Part shown: positions 6,287-16,169 of the stretch, piece after piece
Layout: each line of letters opens with the position of its first letter
Position numbering within the stretch: position 1 is the first letter of the stretch
Origin: Meiothermus sp.
GTDB lineage: Bacteria > Deinococcota > Deinococci > Deinococcales > Thermaceae
Length of the DNA stretch: 22,518 nt
Direction: 5' to 3'
Assembly (NCBI GenBank): GCA_033762915.1
Contig: JANRLD010000019.1
Span: forward strand, 1-22,518
Made by a program: the position numbers and the translations under genes
Notes under the pieces: generated by a model
What the model was told of the DNA's origin: nothing
The model's database searches: none
What the model saw: only the letters and a program-made list of their open reading frames with translations

Positions 6287-8134
6287 TTAAAACTCCTCGT
6301 CCCACTCCACGATGGTCTCGCTGGTCAGGCCGGGGTTGGGCTTGCCCGTGGCGGCCCCCACGCCGGTGGCCTTGGCCAGGGTAGGTTTTTTGCCGGGGTG
6401 GAGCAGGCTCTTCTGCTGGATCAGGCCGAACTGGGCGGCGATGCCGCGCAGACCCAGGGTGGTCAGGCCCGCCGCCACGAACACTGCCAGCACCCAGAAG
6501 AGTTGGGCTACCGGATTTTGCTGGATCGAGAGCTGGGTCAGGGCAGCAAAGAAGGCCAGGCCGCCCATCTCGGGGTCGGAGAGGATTGAACCCAGGTAGG
6601 AGAGGCCCTCGAGCATGGCCGGGAGCAGCAGCAAAAAGAAGGCGACCCCCAGGTAGCGCCAGTAGAGGTTTCGCCCGCCAAAGGTCAGGGTCAGCAGGTA
6701 AAGCGGGAACAGCACCAGCAGCGCCGCGATCACGAACAGCAGGGCCTTGGGCATGCCGATCAGGGTCTGGGTCAGACCGACCTGGAAGGTGTGCCAGCCG
6801 CCCAGGCTCTGGCCGCCGAGGGCCAGGCTGTTCTCCAGCATCTCCGCCGACATCACCCCGAAGTCGCTGCCGCGCAGACCAACCGCGCCCTGGGCCGAGG
6901 ACAAGAGCTGGTCGGTGCGCTCGGTCAGGCCGGGGGCCACCGCCGCCACCAGGGGTTGCACCACCGCCCGGTAGCGGCTCGAGATCTCGCCCAGGATACG
7001 CCTTGCCTCGCCGCTGTCGCCCGCGCCGGAGCGTACCTGGGCCTCGGCCAGCTGGCCCTGGAGCAGGCGCACCTCTTCCCGCCAGCCCTCGAGGCTGGTG
7101 ATCCCCTGGCGGCTCAGGGTCTGGCTGACCTGCCGGGCCTGCTGGGGGTTTTGCAGCAGCTTTTGCAGGTCGGCGGCCAGGGTGCTCGAGACTACGCTGG
7201 CGGTGATCTGCTGGGGCTTGGGGGCTGCGGGGGGTCGGGCCACGGCCGTTGGCTGGGCCGGGTCGGGCTTGGGGGCTGCGGCGGCCGCAACGGGGGCCGG
7301 GGGCGGGGTTGCTACGCGAACCCCCCCAGAAGCGGGGGGGTTTTGGGCCTGTACAGGGGCCTGCGGTCGGCTCGAGGTCTGCACGGCGGTGGCCTTGAGG
7401 AAGTCCTGGGCTTGGGCGATCAAGCTGCCCAGGTCGCCCTTGAAGGCTTCCAGGTCGCCGCCTGAGAGCTTGCCCAGCGCGTCCACAAAGGCCTGGGCGC
7501 TGAGGCCACGGGCGCGGGGCGAGTCCTGCACGATCAGGTAAAGCGAGTAGGCGCGGCTGGCCGAGACGAAGGCTTGGGTGGGGCTGGTCTGGCCGCGGGC
7601 GGCCTGCAGGGCGTTGTTGATGCCCTGGGCGTAGGTGCGCTCGAGCAGCCGCCGGAGGCCGTCGACGTCCTTGGCGGCGGCCAACTGGGCTCCCTGGGCG
7701 CGCAGACTGCCGGGCAGGCCGCTGGCGGCCAGCACGCGGGGCAGCAGGTTGGTGGCCTGCGCGGTGCGTCCGGCGGTCAGGGCCTCGAAGAGGTTGTCGT
7801 ACATGGCCTTGCCCAGGATGGCCCGGACCAGGCCGAGCCGGGCCTCGAGGTCGGCGCTGCTTCGGCGGTTGAGCGAGGTCTGGGCGTCGTCGAGGGATTG
7901 GGCGATGCCCCGGCTGAGCACCGGCGGCAGGGCATTGGCCGACTCGCGGAAGCGGTTCTCGGCGGTCTGGAGCAGCTCGCGGGCGCGGCTGGGGTTGCTG
8001 CCCTGGAGCGAGCGCACCTGATCGAGCAGCGGGGCCAAACGGTCATAAAGGGTGGCCGCCGAGACGGGGGCGGTGGCGGGCTGCTGTGCCCAGGCTAGGC
8101 CCACGACGGCGATGACGGATAACCACTGTTTCAC
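6287..8134 (-). CDS. Hypothetical membrane protein: signal peptide, helical extracytoplasmic domains with Pro/Ala linker, C-terminal TM helices
   Basis: GAGGAGG RBS before GTG. N-terminal signal (…GLAWA|QQ). PAPVAAAAAPKPDP linker. Several hydrophobic segments near the C-terminus. Ends IVEWDEEF. Confidence 0.85.
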   Translation of the reverse strand: MKQWLSVIAVVGLAWAQQPATAPVSAATLYDRLAPLLDQVRSLQGSNPSRARELLQTAENRFRESANALPPVLSRGIAQSLDDAQTSLNRRSSADLEARLGLVRAILGKAMYDNLFEALTAGRTAQATNLLPRVLAASGLPGSLRAQGAQLAAAKDVDGLRRLLERTYAQGINNALQAARGQTSPTQAFVSASRAYSLYLIVQDSPRARGLSAQAFVDALGKLSGGDLEAFKGDLGSLIAQAQDFLKATAVQTSSRPQAPVQAQNPPASGGVRVATPPPAPVAAAAAPKPDPAQPTAVARPPAAPKPQQITASVVSSTLAADLQKLLQNPQQARQVSQTLSRQGITSLEGWREEVRLLQGQLAEAQVRSGAGDSGEARRILGEISSRYRAVVQPLVAAVAPGLTERTDQLLSSAQGAVGLRGSDFGVMSAEMLENSLALGGQSLGGWHTFQVGLTQTLIGMPKALLFVIAALLVLFPLYLLTLTFGGRNLYWRYLGVAFFLLLLPAMLEGLSYLGSILSDPEMGGLAFFAALTQLSIQQNPVAQLFWVLAVFVAAGLTTLGLRGIAAQFGLIQQKSLLHPGKKPTLAKATGVGAATGKPNPGLTSETIVEWDEEF

Positions 8135-8155
8135 GCTGATCCTCCTCGGGCGGCC

Positions 8156-8794
8156 TTAATCGGCGGATTCGATACGTTTGAGTCGGTAGAGCAGTTGGCC
8201 CAGGTTGGTCTCGCTGCGGGTTACCAGGCCGATCCAGCCGTTCTTGAGCGGCCGGATCACCAGCTGTGCCGAGCCCAGGACAGTGTAGAACACCTTGTAC
8301 TGGCCCCGGCGCTCAAGTAACCAATGCCCCATCTTGAGGATGGTTGACAGGCTTTCGGAGTAGCTTCCCAGACGGCTCTCGCGCCCGTAACTGCTCTCCA
8401 GCACAGCCGCCAGCACGCCCTCCCACTTGGCCAGCTCGGTTACCAGGGCGCGCCTCGAGTCGGGGTCGGAGAGGGCGACGAGATCGAAGTCGGGGGGGAT
8501 GTCGAGGGTGGGCAGGGTGGGGCTGCGGGGCGCTGCGGGGCGCTCAGAGAGGGCGCTCAGCTCGCGCACCAGCAGCTTGAGCGAGGGGATCAGCCCGCTG
8601 ATGGGCAGGATGCCGGTCAGCTCTTTTTGCAGCGGGCCTTCGATCACCTCCACCCAGCTTCTGGGGTCGAGCGGCTGGCCTTCCTTGCCCGCCACGTTCA
8701 CCGCCCGCCGCAGCAGGCGCTCGGCGGCCACCGGCGAGATGACCTGGGACAGCGCGTCCACAATTTTGCGTTCGGTCTCGAGGATGGGTTCCAT
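8156..8794 (-). CDS. Hypothetical protein with C-terminal Roadblock/LC7 (MglB-like) domain
   Basis: 212-aa ORF co-oriented with the next gene. C-terminal pattern 'LAKWEGVLAAVL...QLVIRPLKNGWIGLVTRSETNLGQLLYRL' resembles the roadblock fold (NLG motif). The domain call is inference. Confidence 0.7.
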   Translation of the reverse strand: MEPILETERKIVDALSQVISPVAAERLLRRAVNVAGKEGQPLDPRSWVEVIEGPLQKELTGILPISGLIPSLKLLVRELSALSERPAAPRSPTLPTLDIPPDFDLVALSDPDSRRALVTELAKWEGVLAAVLESSYGRESRLGSYSESLSTILKMGHWLLERRGQYKVFYTVLGSAQLVIRPLKNGWIGLVTRSETNLGQLLYRLKRIESAD

Positions 8795-8875
8795 AGGGTG
8801 TCCTGGGGTCCTGGCATTAATCTAAACGCGACCAATCCATTATCCAGCCGCTTATCGGACATTATAGGGAAGCCC

Positions 8876-8904
8876 TTGTCAAAACTTGGGTCATCTTGTA
8901 CCAT
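8876..8904 (+). promoter_or_regulatory. Sigma70-type promoter of tRNA-Glu
   Basis: TTGTCA (8876-8881), 17 bp, TACCAT (8899-8904). Confidence 0.75.
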
Positions 8905-8959
8905 ACCGTTTGCTGTGTTTTGGGCAAGCCAGCGCGGTTCCGCTCGACGCCCCGCTAGT

Positions 8960-9034
8960 GGCCCCATCGACTAGTGGTTAGGTCACCGCTCTTTCACAGC
9001 GGCGGCAGGGGTTCAAATCCCCTTGGGGTCACCA
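8960..9034 (+). tRNA. tRNA-Glu (anticodon TTC)
   Basis: Acceptor GGCCCCA/TGGGGTC plus ACCA; D-loop TAGTGGTTAGG; anticodon arm CCGCT-CTTTCAC-AGCGG; T-arm AGGGG-TTCAAAT-CCCCT. Confidence 0.97.
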
Positions 9035-9039
9035 CAATT

Positions 9040-9068
9040 CCCTGGCGAAAGCCGGGGTTTTTGTTTTT
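9040..9068 (+). terminator. Intrinsic terminator after tRNA-Glu
   Basis: CCCTGGC-GAAA-GCCGGGG followed by TTTTTGTTTTT. Confidence 0.88.
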
Positions 9069-9287
9069 GATGGTCGGGCAGGGGGCGGGGCACCAGGCAG
9101 GGTCTTTGCGGGGTCGGCGAGCACCGCAGTTGCATGCCCCGGCGCAGGGGAGTCTTTAGCATGCACCTTGGTACGGCATTCCGCACTTCGACTTACTCGC
9201 TGGTCCACGGCCCTCGACCTCGCCCGCTCAGTCTTTAACGGCCTGTACGCATTTACCGGACGTAACGCTTAACGGTAGGATTGTTAC

Positions 9288-10517
9288 ATGAGGGAAAACC
9301 TGACGGTAGATGAAGCGTTGGACGAGATATTGGGGCAGCTTCAGCCGTCGCTGCGCACCGAGACCGTGGCCCTGATGGCGGCCTACGGGGCCGTGCTGGC
9401 CACCGACCTGGCCTCCACCGTGGACCACCCAGCCGCCGACGATACCGCCGTGGACGGCTACGCCTGCCAGGAGGCCGACACCCTCTCGGCCTCGGTGGGT
9501 CATCCAGTGAGGCTCGAGGTGATTGGGCAGGCCCCGGCGGGCAGGCCGTTCGCCCAGACCGTGGGTCCGGGCCAAGCGGTCCAGGTCTTCACCGGAGCCC
9601 CCGTCCCCCCCGGCGCCGACGCGGTGATCCGGGTCGAGGACACCTTGCGCGAGGAGGGGGTGGTCTGGCTGATGCGTCCGGCCAGTCCCGCAGACATCCG
9701 GCGCAAGGGCGACGACCTGCACCAGGGCCAGACCTACTTGCACCAGGGCGACCTGCTCAACCCGGGCCGCATCGGGCTGGCAGCGGCGATGGGGTACGCC
9801 CAGCTCGAGGTCTTCCGGCCCCCCCGCGTGGGCATCCTCTCGACCGGCGACGAGGTGGTCGAGCCCGGCCAGCCGTTGCCGCACGGCGGGGTCTACAACT
9901 CCAACAGCTACTCGGTAGCGGCGCTGGTGAAGGAGGCCGGGGCCGAGCCGGTGCTGCTGGGCAAGGTCTCCGACGAGCCGGCGGGTGTGCGGAGGCAGCT
10001 GCAAAAGGCCGGCTCGTTCGACCTGCTGCTCACCACCGGCGGGGTCTCGATGGGCGAGTACGACGTGGTGCGGAAGCTGCTCGAGGCCGAGGGCAAGATC
10101 CACTTCTGGAAGGTCAAGATGCAGCCTGGTGGTCCCTTCCTGTTCGCGGAGTGGGGCGGCGTGCCCCTGATGGGCCTGCCGGGCAACCCGGTCTCCGCGA
10201 TGGTGGCCTTCCTGCTCTTTGGCCGGCCCGCCATCTACAAGCTGCTCTCCCGCCGCGACCCCCCCTACAACCGCATCAAGGCGGTCTGCGACACCCCCTT
10301 CAGTTCCAACCCCACCAAGCGGGTCTACCGCCGCGCCATCATGATCTGGAAGAACGGCCACTTCCACGTCAGCAGCACTGGCAACCAGTCCAGCCAAGTA
10401 CTACACTCTATGGCCATCGGAAACTGTCTGGTGATGATGGAGCCCACCGCCACTGCCAGGGCCGGCGATGTGGTGGACATCATCCCTCTGACGGGAGAGT
10501 TTCGGGAGAAGAGGTAA
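9288..10517 (+). CDS. moeA: Molybdopterin molybdenumtransferase MoeA (gephyrin-like)
   Basis: Motifs AVDGYA, TGAPVPPGADAVIRVED, LSTGDE, NSNSY, TTGGVSMGEYD, GLPGNPVSA, GNQSS. TAGGAT 6 nt upstream of ATG (leaderless). Confidence 0.95.
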   Translation: MRENLTVDEALDEILGQLQPSLRTETVALMAAYGAVLATDLASTVDHPAADDTAVDGYACQEADTLSASVGHPVRLEVIGQAPAGRPFAQTVGPGQAVQVFTGAPVPPGADAVIRVEDTLREEGVVWLMRPASPADIRRKGDDLHQGQTYLHQGDLLNPGRIGLAAAMGYAQLEVFRPPRVGILSTGDEVVEPGQPLPHGGVYNSNSYSVAALVKEAGAEPVLLGKVSDEPAGVRRQLQKAGSFDLLLTTGGVSMGEYDVVRKLLEAEGKIHFWKVKMQPGGPFLFAEWGGVPLMGLPGNPVSAMVAFLLFGRPAIYKLLSRRDPPYNRIKAVCDTPFSSNPTKRVYRRAIMIWKNGHFHVSSTGNQSSQVLHSMAIGNCLVMMEPTATARAGDVVDIIPLTGEFREKR

Positions 10518-10538
10518 GGGGTCGCAGCTCGAGACCGC

Positions 10539-10571
10539 AAAACAACAGCCCCCTCCTGTGGGAGGGGGCTG
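10539..10571 (-). terminator. Intrinsic terminator between convergent moeA and 5'-nucleotidase
   Basis: 11-bp stem CAGCCCCCTCC/GGAGGGGGCTG with a minus-strand T-rich tail. Confidence 0.8.
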
Positions 10572-10593
10572 CGCGATTCGGGAGGGGATTTGC

Positions 10594-12261
10594 CTAGACC
10601 CCCACTTTGTCCTTGAAGCCCGTGTAGGTCGGCCCGAAGTACCCGGCCCTGGGCTCGTTGAGGATGGTGATGCGCTGCTGAAGGGTGGGGGCGACCTCGG
10701 GCAGGGAACGGATGTACTCCACAAACGACTCGGCGTCGGTGAAGCCGGTGTCCACCCGGAAGCCCTTGGCGTCACGCATCGAGGTGAAGCCGTCGCCGCC
10801 GCCGGCCACGAAGTTGTTGGTGACCACGCGGTAAGTGGCGGTGGGGTTGAGGGCGGTAAAGCCGCCTTGGGCGGCTACTTGCACGTCGGTGACGCGCTGG
10901 CCGACCGGACGGGCCAGGTCGAAGGTGAAGCGCAGTCCAGCAATCCCGGAGGGGAATCGGCCCGCGCTCTGCTCCCACTGGGAGACGCCGTTCTCGAGCG
11001 CCGCCCGGATCTCTGCCCCGGTCATGTCCAGCACGAAGAGGGTGTTGCCGAAAGGCAGCACCTCGTAGACCTGCCCCAGGGTGATGTTGCCCTGCGGGAT
11101 GGTGGCCCGCACCCCACCGCCGTTCTGGATGGCAATGACGGTGTTGAGCGAGCGGGTCTTCCAGAGGAGGCCGTCGGCGATGAGGTTAGAGAGGTTGGTC
11201 TCGCGGCGGCGCACGTCGGCCCGCTCGCCGTTGAGGGTGACGGCGGCCCGGCCCACCACCTGCGCCCGGAGGGCGGCGATGGGGAGCGCGTAGGTGGCGA
11301 TGGCTTCCTTGGAGAAGCGCTCTTCGGGGATGTCCGTGCCCATCAGCAGGGGGGTGCCCTCGTAGCTGACCAGCTCGCCGTTGGGGTTGAAGGTTAGGCG
11401 CAAACGGCCCACCACCTTGGCCCACTCCCAGGCCTGCACCACCAGCACGTCTTTGTTCTCGGGGTTCTTGACCACCGTGGGGTAGGCCCCACTGGGAGCC
11501 AGCTCACGGAACTGGAACTGTCCCAGCAGGGTGTGCGAGTGGCCGCCCACGATCACCTGAGCGCCCACCACCTTGCGGGCCAGCTCGAGGTCGACGGTGT
11601 AGCCCAGGTGCGAGAGCACCACGATGTTCCTGACGCCCCGCGCCAGCAGCGCGTTGACCGAGTCCTGGGTGGACTTCACCGGGTCGAGGAAGCGCACGTT
11701 GGGGCCGGGGTTGGCCAGCACGTCGGTATCGGGGGTGATCAGGCCGATAATTCCTACCCGCTGCCCGCCCACGCTCACCACGGTGTAGGGAGGGATCTTG
11801 CCCGCCAGCTTGGGCTCGCGGCTCACGTCGATGTTGGCGGTGACGACCGGGAAGCGTGCACCGTTGAGGAAGTTGGCCAGCGCGTCGGGGCCGAGGTCGA
11901 ACTCGTGGTTGCCCAGGGTCATGGCCCGGATGCCCATGCGGTGCATGAAGTAGCGGTCGGCCAGGCCCCGGTACTGGTTGAAGAACAGCGTCCCCTGGAA
12001 CACGTCGCCGGCATGCAGGAACAGCGGGTTGCGCTCGGTGGCCCGCATCCGGTCGAAGAAGCTGATGACACGGGCGAAGCCGCCCAGCGGGCGGTTCTGC
12101 TGCCCGCCAAGGGTCAGCAGGGTGGGGTCGAGGCGGGCGTGGGTGTCGTTGGTGTGGACGATGGTGAACGAGAAATTGCCCGGCGAACTCTGGGCCTTGG
12201 TAATTCCCGCGACGGTCGCTCCAGCCAGAACACCGGCCTGTAAAAACTCTCTACGACGCAT
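10594..12261 (-). CDS. Tat-exported 5'-nucleotidase / bifunctional metallophosphatase (UshA-like)
   Basis: Twin-arginine signal MRRREFL. Motifs HTNDTH, AGDVFQGT, LGNHEFD, LSHLG, GGHSHT, NGGGVRA, VLPFGN. Confidence 0.94.
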   Translation of the reverse strand: MRRREFLQAGVLAGATVAGITKAQSSPGNFSFTIVHTNDTHARLDPTLLTLGGQQNRPLGGFARVISFFDRMRATERNPLFLHAGDVFQGTLFFNQYRGLADRYFMHRMGIRAMTLGNHEFDLGPDALANFLNGARFPVVTANIDVSREPKLAGKIPPYTVVSVGGQRVGIIGLITPDTDVLANPGPNVRFLDPVKSTQDSVNALLARGVRNIVVLSHLGYTVDLELARKVVGAQVIVGGHSHTLLGQFQFRELAPSGAYPTVVKNPENKDVLVVQAWEWAKVVGRLRLTFNPNGELVSYEGTPLLMGTDIPEERFSKEAIATYALPIAALRAQVVGRAAVTLNGERADVRRRETNLSNLIADGLLWKTRSLNTVIAIQNGGGVRATIPQGNITLGQVYEVLPFGNTLFVLDMTGAEIRAALENGVSQWEQSAGRFPSGIAGLRFTFDLARPVGQRVTDVQVAAQGGFTALNPTATYRVVTNNFVAGGGDGFTSMRDAKGFRVDTGFTDAESFVEYIRSLPEVAPTLQQRITILNEPRAGYFGPTYTGFKDKVGV

Positions 12262-12435
12262 GGTCTCCTCCTGTTTTACGGCTTAGATTATCCCAGAGAT
12301 TGTCATGGGAGGAAAGGGCGGGCGGCAGGGAGAAGGCTGCTGGGAGGAGAGGAAGGACAAAACACACCTGCACCTCCTCCTCTGGCCTAATACTCCGTAT
12401 TTTCCCTATCTCCTCGCCTTCCTGGTTTAGCTGGT

Positions 12436-13272
12436 TTAGCCCCCCGCCAGCCTCACCCCCAGCCAGGTCTGCACCAAGTCCTCGCTCACATACGCGCTCA
12501 GCGCCTCGCTGGCGCGGTGGAAGGTCTCGAGCGTCTCGCGGTACTGGGGGCTTTCCGGGGGGATGGTCTGGCGCAGCTTGCGGGCCAGGTAGGGCAGGGC
12601 GTCGTCGAGCTCCAGGAGCAGCTTGAGGGCCTCGAGGGTCTGGGCGGGGCCGCCGCGCAGGGCCTCGAGCACCCCCTCGGTGCGGCTGGTGAGCTGGCCG
12701 AACTCGGTGGGGTGGTGCAGCGCCCAGTGGGCCCGGCCGTACGAGCCCTCGGCGAAGGCCAGAACGTCGGGGTCGGTGGTCAGCTGCTGGAGCAGGGCCT
12801 CGGGCAGTGGGGCGAAAGAAACCTCGAGGCTGCGGCTGACCAGTGTGGGCAGCACCACCTCGCGGCTGGGCGCGATCAGGATCAGGCGGGCGAAGGCGGG
12901 GGGCTCCTCGAGCACCTTCAGCAGCGCGTTGGCTGCCGACTCGCCCAGCAGGTGCGCCCCGTCAATCACCCCTACCTTGGCCTTGCGGCGCGGGTAGGTC
13001 TGGAGCCACTCCAGCAGACTCCCGCCCTCGGCGTCGTCGCGGGGCGCGATCTGCTCCAGAAGAATTTGCGGATTGCGGGCCTTCTTCCCGCCCTTGGTCT
13101 CGAGCTGCGGGGAGATCTCGAGGTAGTCCAGCAGGCTCGGGTCGCCGTTCAAGTATCCGCAGAACCACCGCGCCACCGTACGCCGCCCCACCCCCTCCGG
13201 CCCGGTGAACAGCAGGGTGTGGGCACTGAGGCGGGGGAGCAGCTCGAGGATGCGCGGGTGGCCGACGACCAT
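12436..13272 (-). CDS. holB: DNA polymerase III subunit delta'
   Basis: Start reassigned to MVVGHP (ATG 13272). Motifs LFTGPEGVGRRT, AANALLKVLEEPP, LPTLVSR. No zinc module. Confidence 0.9.
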   Translation of the reverse strand: MVVGHPRILELLPRLSAHTLLFTGPEGVGRRTVARWFCGYLNGDPSLLDYLEISPQLETKGGKKARNPQILLEQIAPRDDAEGGSLLEWLQTYPRRKAKVGVIDGAHLLGESAANALLKVLEEPPAFARLILIAPSREVVLPTLVSRSLEVSFAPLPEALLQQLTTDPDVLAFAEGSYGRAHWALHHPTEFGQLTSRTEGVLEALRGGPAQTLEALKLLLELDDALPYLARKLRQTIPPESPQYRETLETFHRASEALSAYVSEDLVQTWLGVRLAGG

Positions 13273-13388
13273 GAAATCAGAGGCAGGAGAAAGGGCAAAC
13301 GAGGCAGGAGAAACCGCGGGGTTCCGGCGTTGCCCTCTTTTGGCCCACTGCTCTTTCCTCCCTCCTCTAAACCGTACCTGCCCGCAGC

Positions 13389-14138
13389 TTACTTGCCCAG
13401 AACCAGCCGCTCGTACAGCCACATCGGGAACTTCTCGTGGTGGAGGCGGCCCAGGACGGCCTCGAGGTTGTACTTGGGGCGGTGGAACTCGACCGTGCCC
13501 TCGTCGGAGTCCCAGATGGCGTAGGACGCGCCGGTCACGCCGTCGCGGGGCTGGCCGCTGGAGCCGGGGTTTATGATCACCCGGGCCTTGGGGGCCACAA
13601 TCAACTCGCCACCGTTCGCGTAGCGCTGGTAGCGCACCCAGCGGCTGGTGGCGTTGGTGGTGGTGTTGACGGTGTCAATGGCCAGGAACGCGCCCGCGAG
13701 GTGGGTGTGGCCGTGAAAGGTCCAGCGCTCGGTCTGCTTGGCGAAAATCTGCTTGGCCTCCTCGATCTCCTCGAGGTAGGCCATCGGGTCGAGCGGGCTG
13801 CCGTGCACCAGCAGCGCCCCCTCGACCTCCTGCGTCCAGGGCAGTTCGGCCAGGTAGCGGCGGTTCTCCGGGGAGATGCGCTGGGCCTGCCAGTTGATGA
13901 TTTCCATCACCGGCCCCTCGACCTTCATGTTGGCGATGTCCACCAGCCACACGTCGTGGTTGCCCATCACCCCCACTGCCTGTACCGCCCGCAGCCAGTC
14001 CACCACCCGGTTGCCGTCGGGGTAATAGCCCACCGCGTCTCCCAGGAACAGCACCCGGTCGTAGTTGCGGGCTTCCTTGAGGATGGCCTCGAGGGCGGGC
14101 CAGTTCCCGTGCAGGTCGGAGACGATGAGGTAACGCAC
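13389..14138 (-). CDS. Calcineurin-like metallophosphoesterase
   Basis: Motifs SDLHGN, LGDAVGY, GNHD, VHGSP, GHTH, NPGSSGQPRDG. Confidence 0.93.
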   Translation of the reverse strand: MRYLIVSDLHGNWPALEAILKEARNYDRVLFLGDAVGYYPDGNRVVDWLRAVQAVGVMGNHDVWLVDIANMKVEGPVMEIINWQAQRISPENRRYLAELPWTQEVEGALLVHGSPLDPMAYLEEIEEAKQIFAKQTERWTFHGHTHLAGAFLAIDTVNTTTNATSRWVRYQRYANGGELIVAPKARVIINPGSSGQPRDGVTGASYAIWDSDEGTVEFHRPKYNLEAVLGRLHHEKFPMWLYERLVLGK

Positions 14139-14368
14139 AGCGGGAACATCATATAGGCAACCGTGATGAGTGAACAGGTAAAAAGAGCAAACCCCTTCCG
14201 CAGTTCACGGTTTCTTGAGCCAAGCCCCCTCGCCCCCCGAACCCTGCTACCCTGGTACTGCGAAGTTGCGCCCGCCCGAGGGACACCCGCCGCCCCGCAG
14301 ACCGGCTGCGGGCGCAATCCCGGACCGGCCTGCGGGGCCCTCCGGCAAAACCCACACAGGAGGTAGGT

Positions 14369-14872
14369 ATGTGGAGAGCCTTTGCTTTGCTGACGCTGGC
14401 GGCTGCGCTGAGCGCGTGTGCGCCGGTGGTGGTGCGGGGGAACGTGGGGGTGAGCGCGAGCATTGGGGTGAGCCTGACCCCGACCTTCGTGCGCCTCGAG
14501 CCCGACCGGGGGCGGGGGGCCGTCTACCGCCCTGGCGAGGATGTGCGCTTCGTGGTCTCGGTCAATCGGCCTGGCTACGTGGCCCTGGTGGGCATAGACC
14601 CCGACGGGCGGGCCTACGAGTTCGACCGGTTCTACCTCGAGGGTGGCACCTACCTGCTGCCGCTGCCGGGCTCGCAGTACACCTACCGTGTAACTACACC
14701 TTTCGGCACCCAGCGTGTCCGGGCCATCTACACCGACACCCGCTACCCCGGCGACGTGCGCTTCACCGGGGTCTTCGTGGGCGACGACTGGAACCGCCGC
14801 ACCACCCTCTACTTCCAGAGCAGCGGGGCGCGGGTGCGCGACGTGGCCGAGACTTTCTTCGTGATCCGCTGA
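14369..14872 (+). CDS. DUF4384-like lipoprotein
   Basis: AGGAGG RBS; lipobox ALSAC; 'YRPGEDVRFVVSVNRPGYVALVGIDPDG' fits DUF4384. Confidence 0.82.
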   Translation: MWRAFALLTLAAALSACAPVVVRGNVGVSASIGVSLTPTFVRLEPDRGRGAVYRPGEDVRFVVSVNRPGYVALVGIDPDGRAYEFDRFYLEGGTYLLPLPGSQYTYRVTTPFGTQRVRAIYTDTRYPGDVRFTGVFVGDDWNRRTTLYFQSSGARVRDVAETFFVIR

Positions 14873-14996
14873 GCCCAGCCGCTCGAGAACTGCCACCCTC
14901 CGGCTTCGGGCGGTTTCGAGCCCCCCGGACCGGCAGGAGTGGGCCGACCGGGCAAATCGGGGGAGGCGGCTGTCCGAATTGTAGCGCTAGACCACG

Positions 14997-15054
14997 TTGC
15001 TGCCCGCCGCTGCCTGACTTATACTCCTTTAGTACCAAGCGTGGTTACATGTAA
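14997..15054 (+). promoter_or_regulatory. Putative dctP promoter with downstream palindrome
   Basis: TTGCTG (14997-15002), 17 bp, TATACT (15020-15025); perfect palindrome TTACATGTAA at 15045-15054. Confidence 0.5.
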
Positions 15055-15070
15055 AAATCAGGAGGATGGA

Positions 15071-16156
15071 ATGAAGCGTCGTGACTTCTTGAAGAAGGCC
15101 GGGATCGGTGCGGTAGCGGCTAGCACCGTCTATGGCCCGGTGTTCGCCCAGACCGGCGGCCCCCGCATCCGCTGGCGTATGGCCACCAGTTGGCCGCGCT
15201 CGCTGGACACCATCTTTGGTGGGGCAGAAACCGTAGCCAAGCGCGTCAACGAGATGACCGAGGGGCGGTTCCAGATCACTGCCTTCCCCGCCGGCGAGAT
15301 CGCCCCGGCCCTCGAGATCCTCAACGTGGTGCGCCAGGGCAACGTGGAGATGGGCCACACCGCCAGCTACTACTACGTGGGCCAGAACCCCTCCACCGCT
15401 TTCGACACCTCGCTGCCCTTCGGCCTCACTGCCCCCCAGCAGAACGCCTGGCTCTACTACGGCGGCGGCCTCGAGGCCATGCAGCGGATGTTCACCGACT
15501 TCAACCTCATCAACTTCCCTGCCGGCAACACCGGGGCGCAGATGGGCGGCTGGTTTAAGAAGGAAGTCCAGGACGCGGGTGACTTGCGCGGCCTGAAGTT
15601 CCGCATCCCCGGCCTGGGGGCGCAGGTCTGGAGCCGCCTGGGCGTGAGCACCCAGAACATCCCCGGTGGCGAAATCTTCCTGGCCCTGGACCGCGGCGCA
15701 ATTGACGCTGCGGAGTGGGTGGGGGCCTACGACGACAGCCGGCTGGGCCTCCAGCGGGCGGCCCGCTTCTACTACTACCCCGGCTGGTGGGAGCCCGGCC
15801 CCACGCTCTCGGTGTATATCAATCTGGCCAAGTGGCGCGAACTGCCCAAGGACTACCAGGAGATCGTCAAGAGCGCTGCCGCCGAGGCCAACGTGACCAT
15901 GCTGGCCGAGTACGACGCCAAGAACGGCCCGGCCTTCACCCAGCTGATCCAGGGCGGCACCCAGCTGCGTGCCTACCCCCGCTCGATTCTGCTTGCTGCC
16001 GAGCGGGCCTCCACCGAGCTCTACGACGAGATCGCCTCGAGGGACGCTGCCTATCGCGGCATCCTCACCGGCTGGCGTCGCTTCCGCGACCAGGTGCGCC
16101 GGGCCAACGCCTTCAACGAGAACAGCTTCGCCGACTTCATCTACTCGGTGCGCTAA
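15071..16156 (+). CDS. dctP: TRAP transporter substrate-binding protein, TakP-like (alpha-keto acid/monocarboxylate), Tat signal
   Basis: GGAGG RBS; MKRRDFLKK Tat signal; WRMATSWP, GNTGAQMGGWF, GLKFRIPGLG, IDAAEWVG, YYYPGWWEPG. Confidence 0.93.
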   Translation: MKRRDFLKKAGIGAVAASTVYGPVFAQTGGPRIRWRMATSWPRSLDTIFGGAETVAKRVNEMTEGRFQITAFPAGEIAPALEILNVVRQGNVEMGHTASYYYVGQNPSTAFDTSLPFGLTAPQQNAWLYYGGGLEAMQRMFTDFNLINFPAGNTGAQMGGWFKKEVQDAGDLRGLKFRIPGLGAQVWSRLGVSTQNIPGGEIFLALDRGAIDAAEWVGAYDDSRLGLQRAARFYYYPGWWEPGPTLSVYINLAKWRELPKDYQEIVKSAAAEANVTMLAEYDAKNGPAFTQLIQGGTQLRAYPRSILLAAERASTELYDEIASRDAAYRGILTGWRRFRDQVRRANAFNENSFADFIYSVR

Positions 16157-16169
16157 GTCTTCAATGCGG

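Noticed and set aside
8960..9287. tRNA-Glu as an integration site, and a Moco riboswitch upstream of moeA
   Set aside because: No duplicated tRNA 3' end or integrase nearby. No Moco motif consensus, and moeA appears leaderless.
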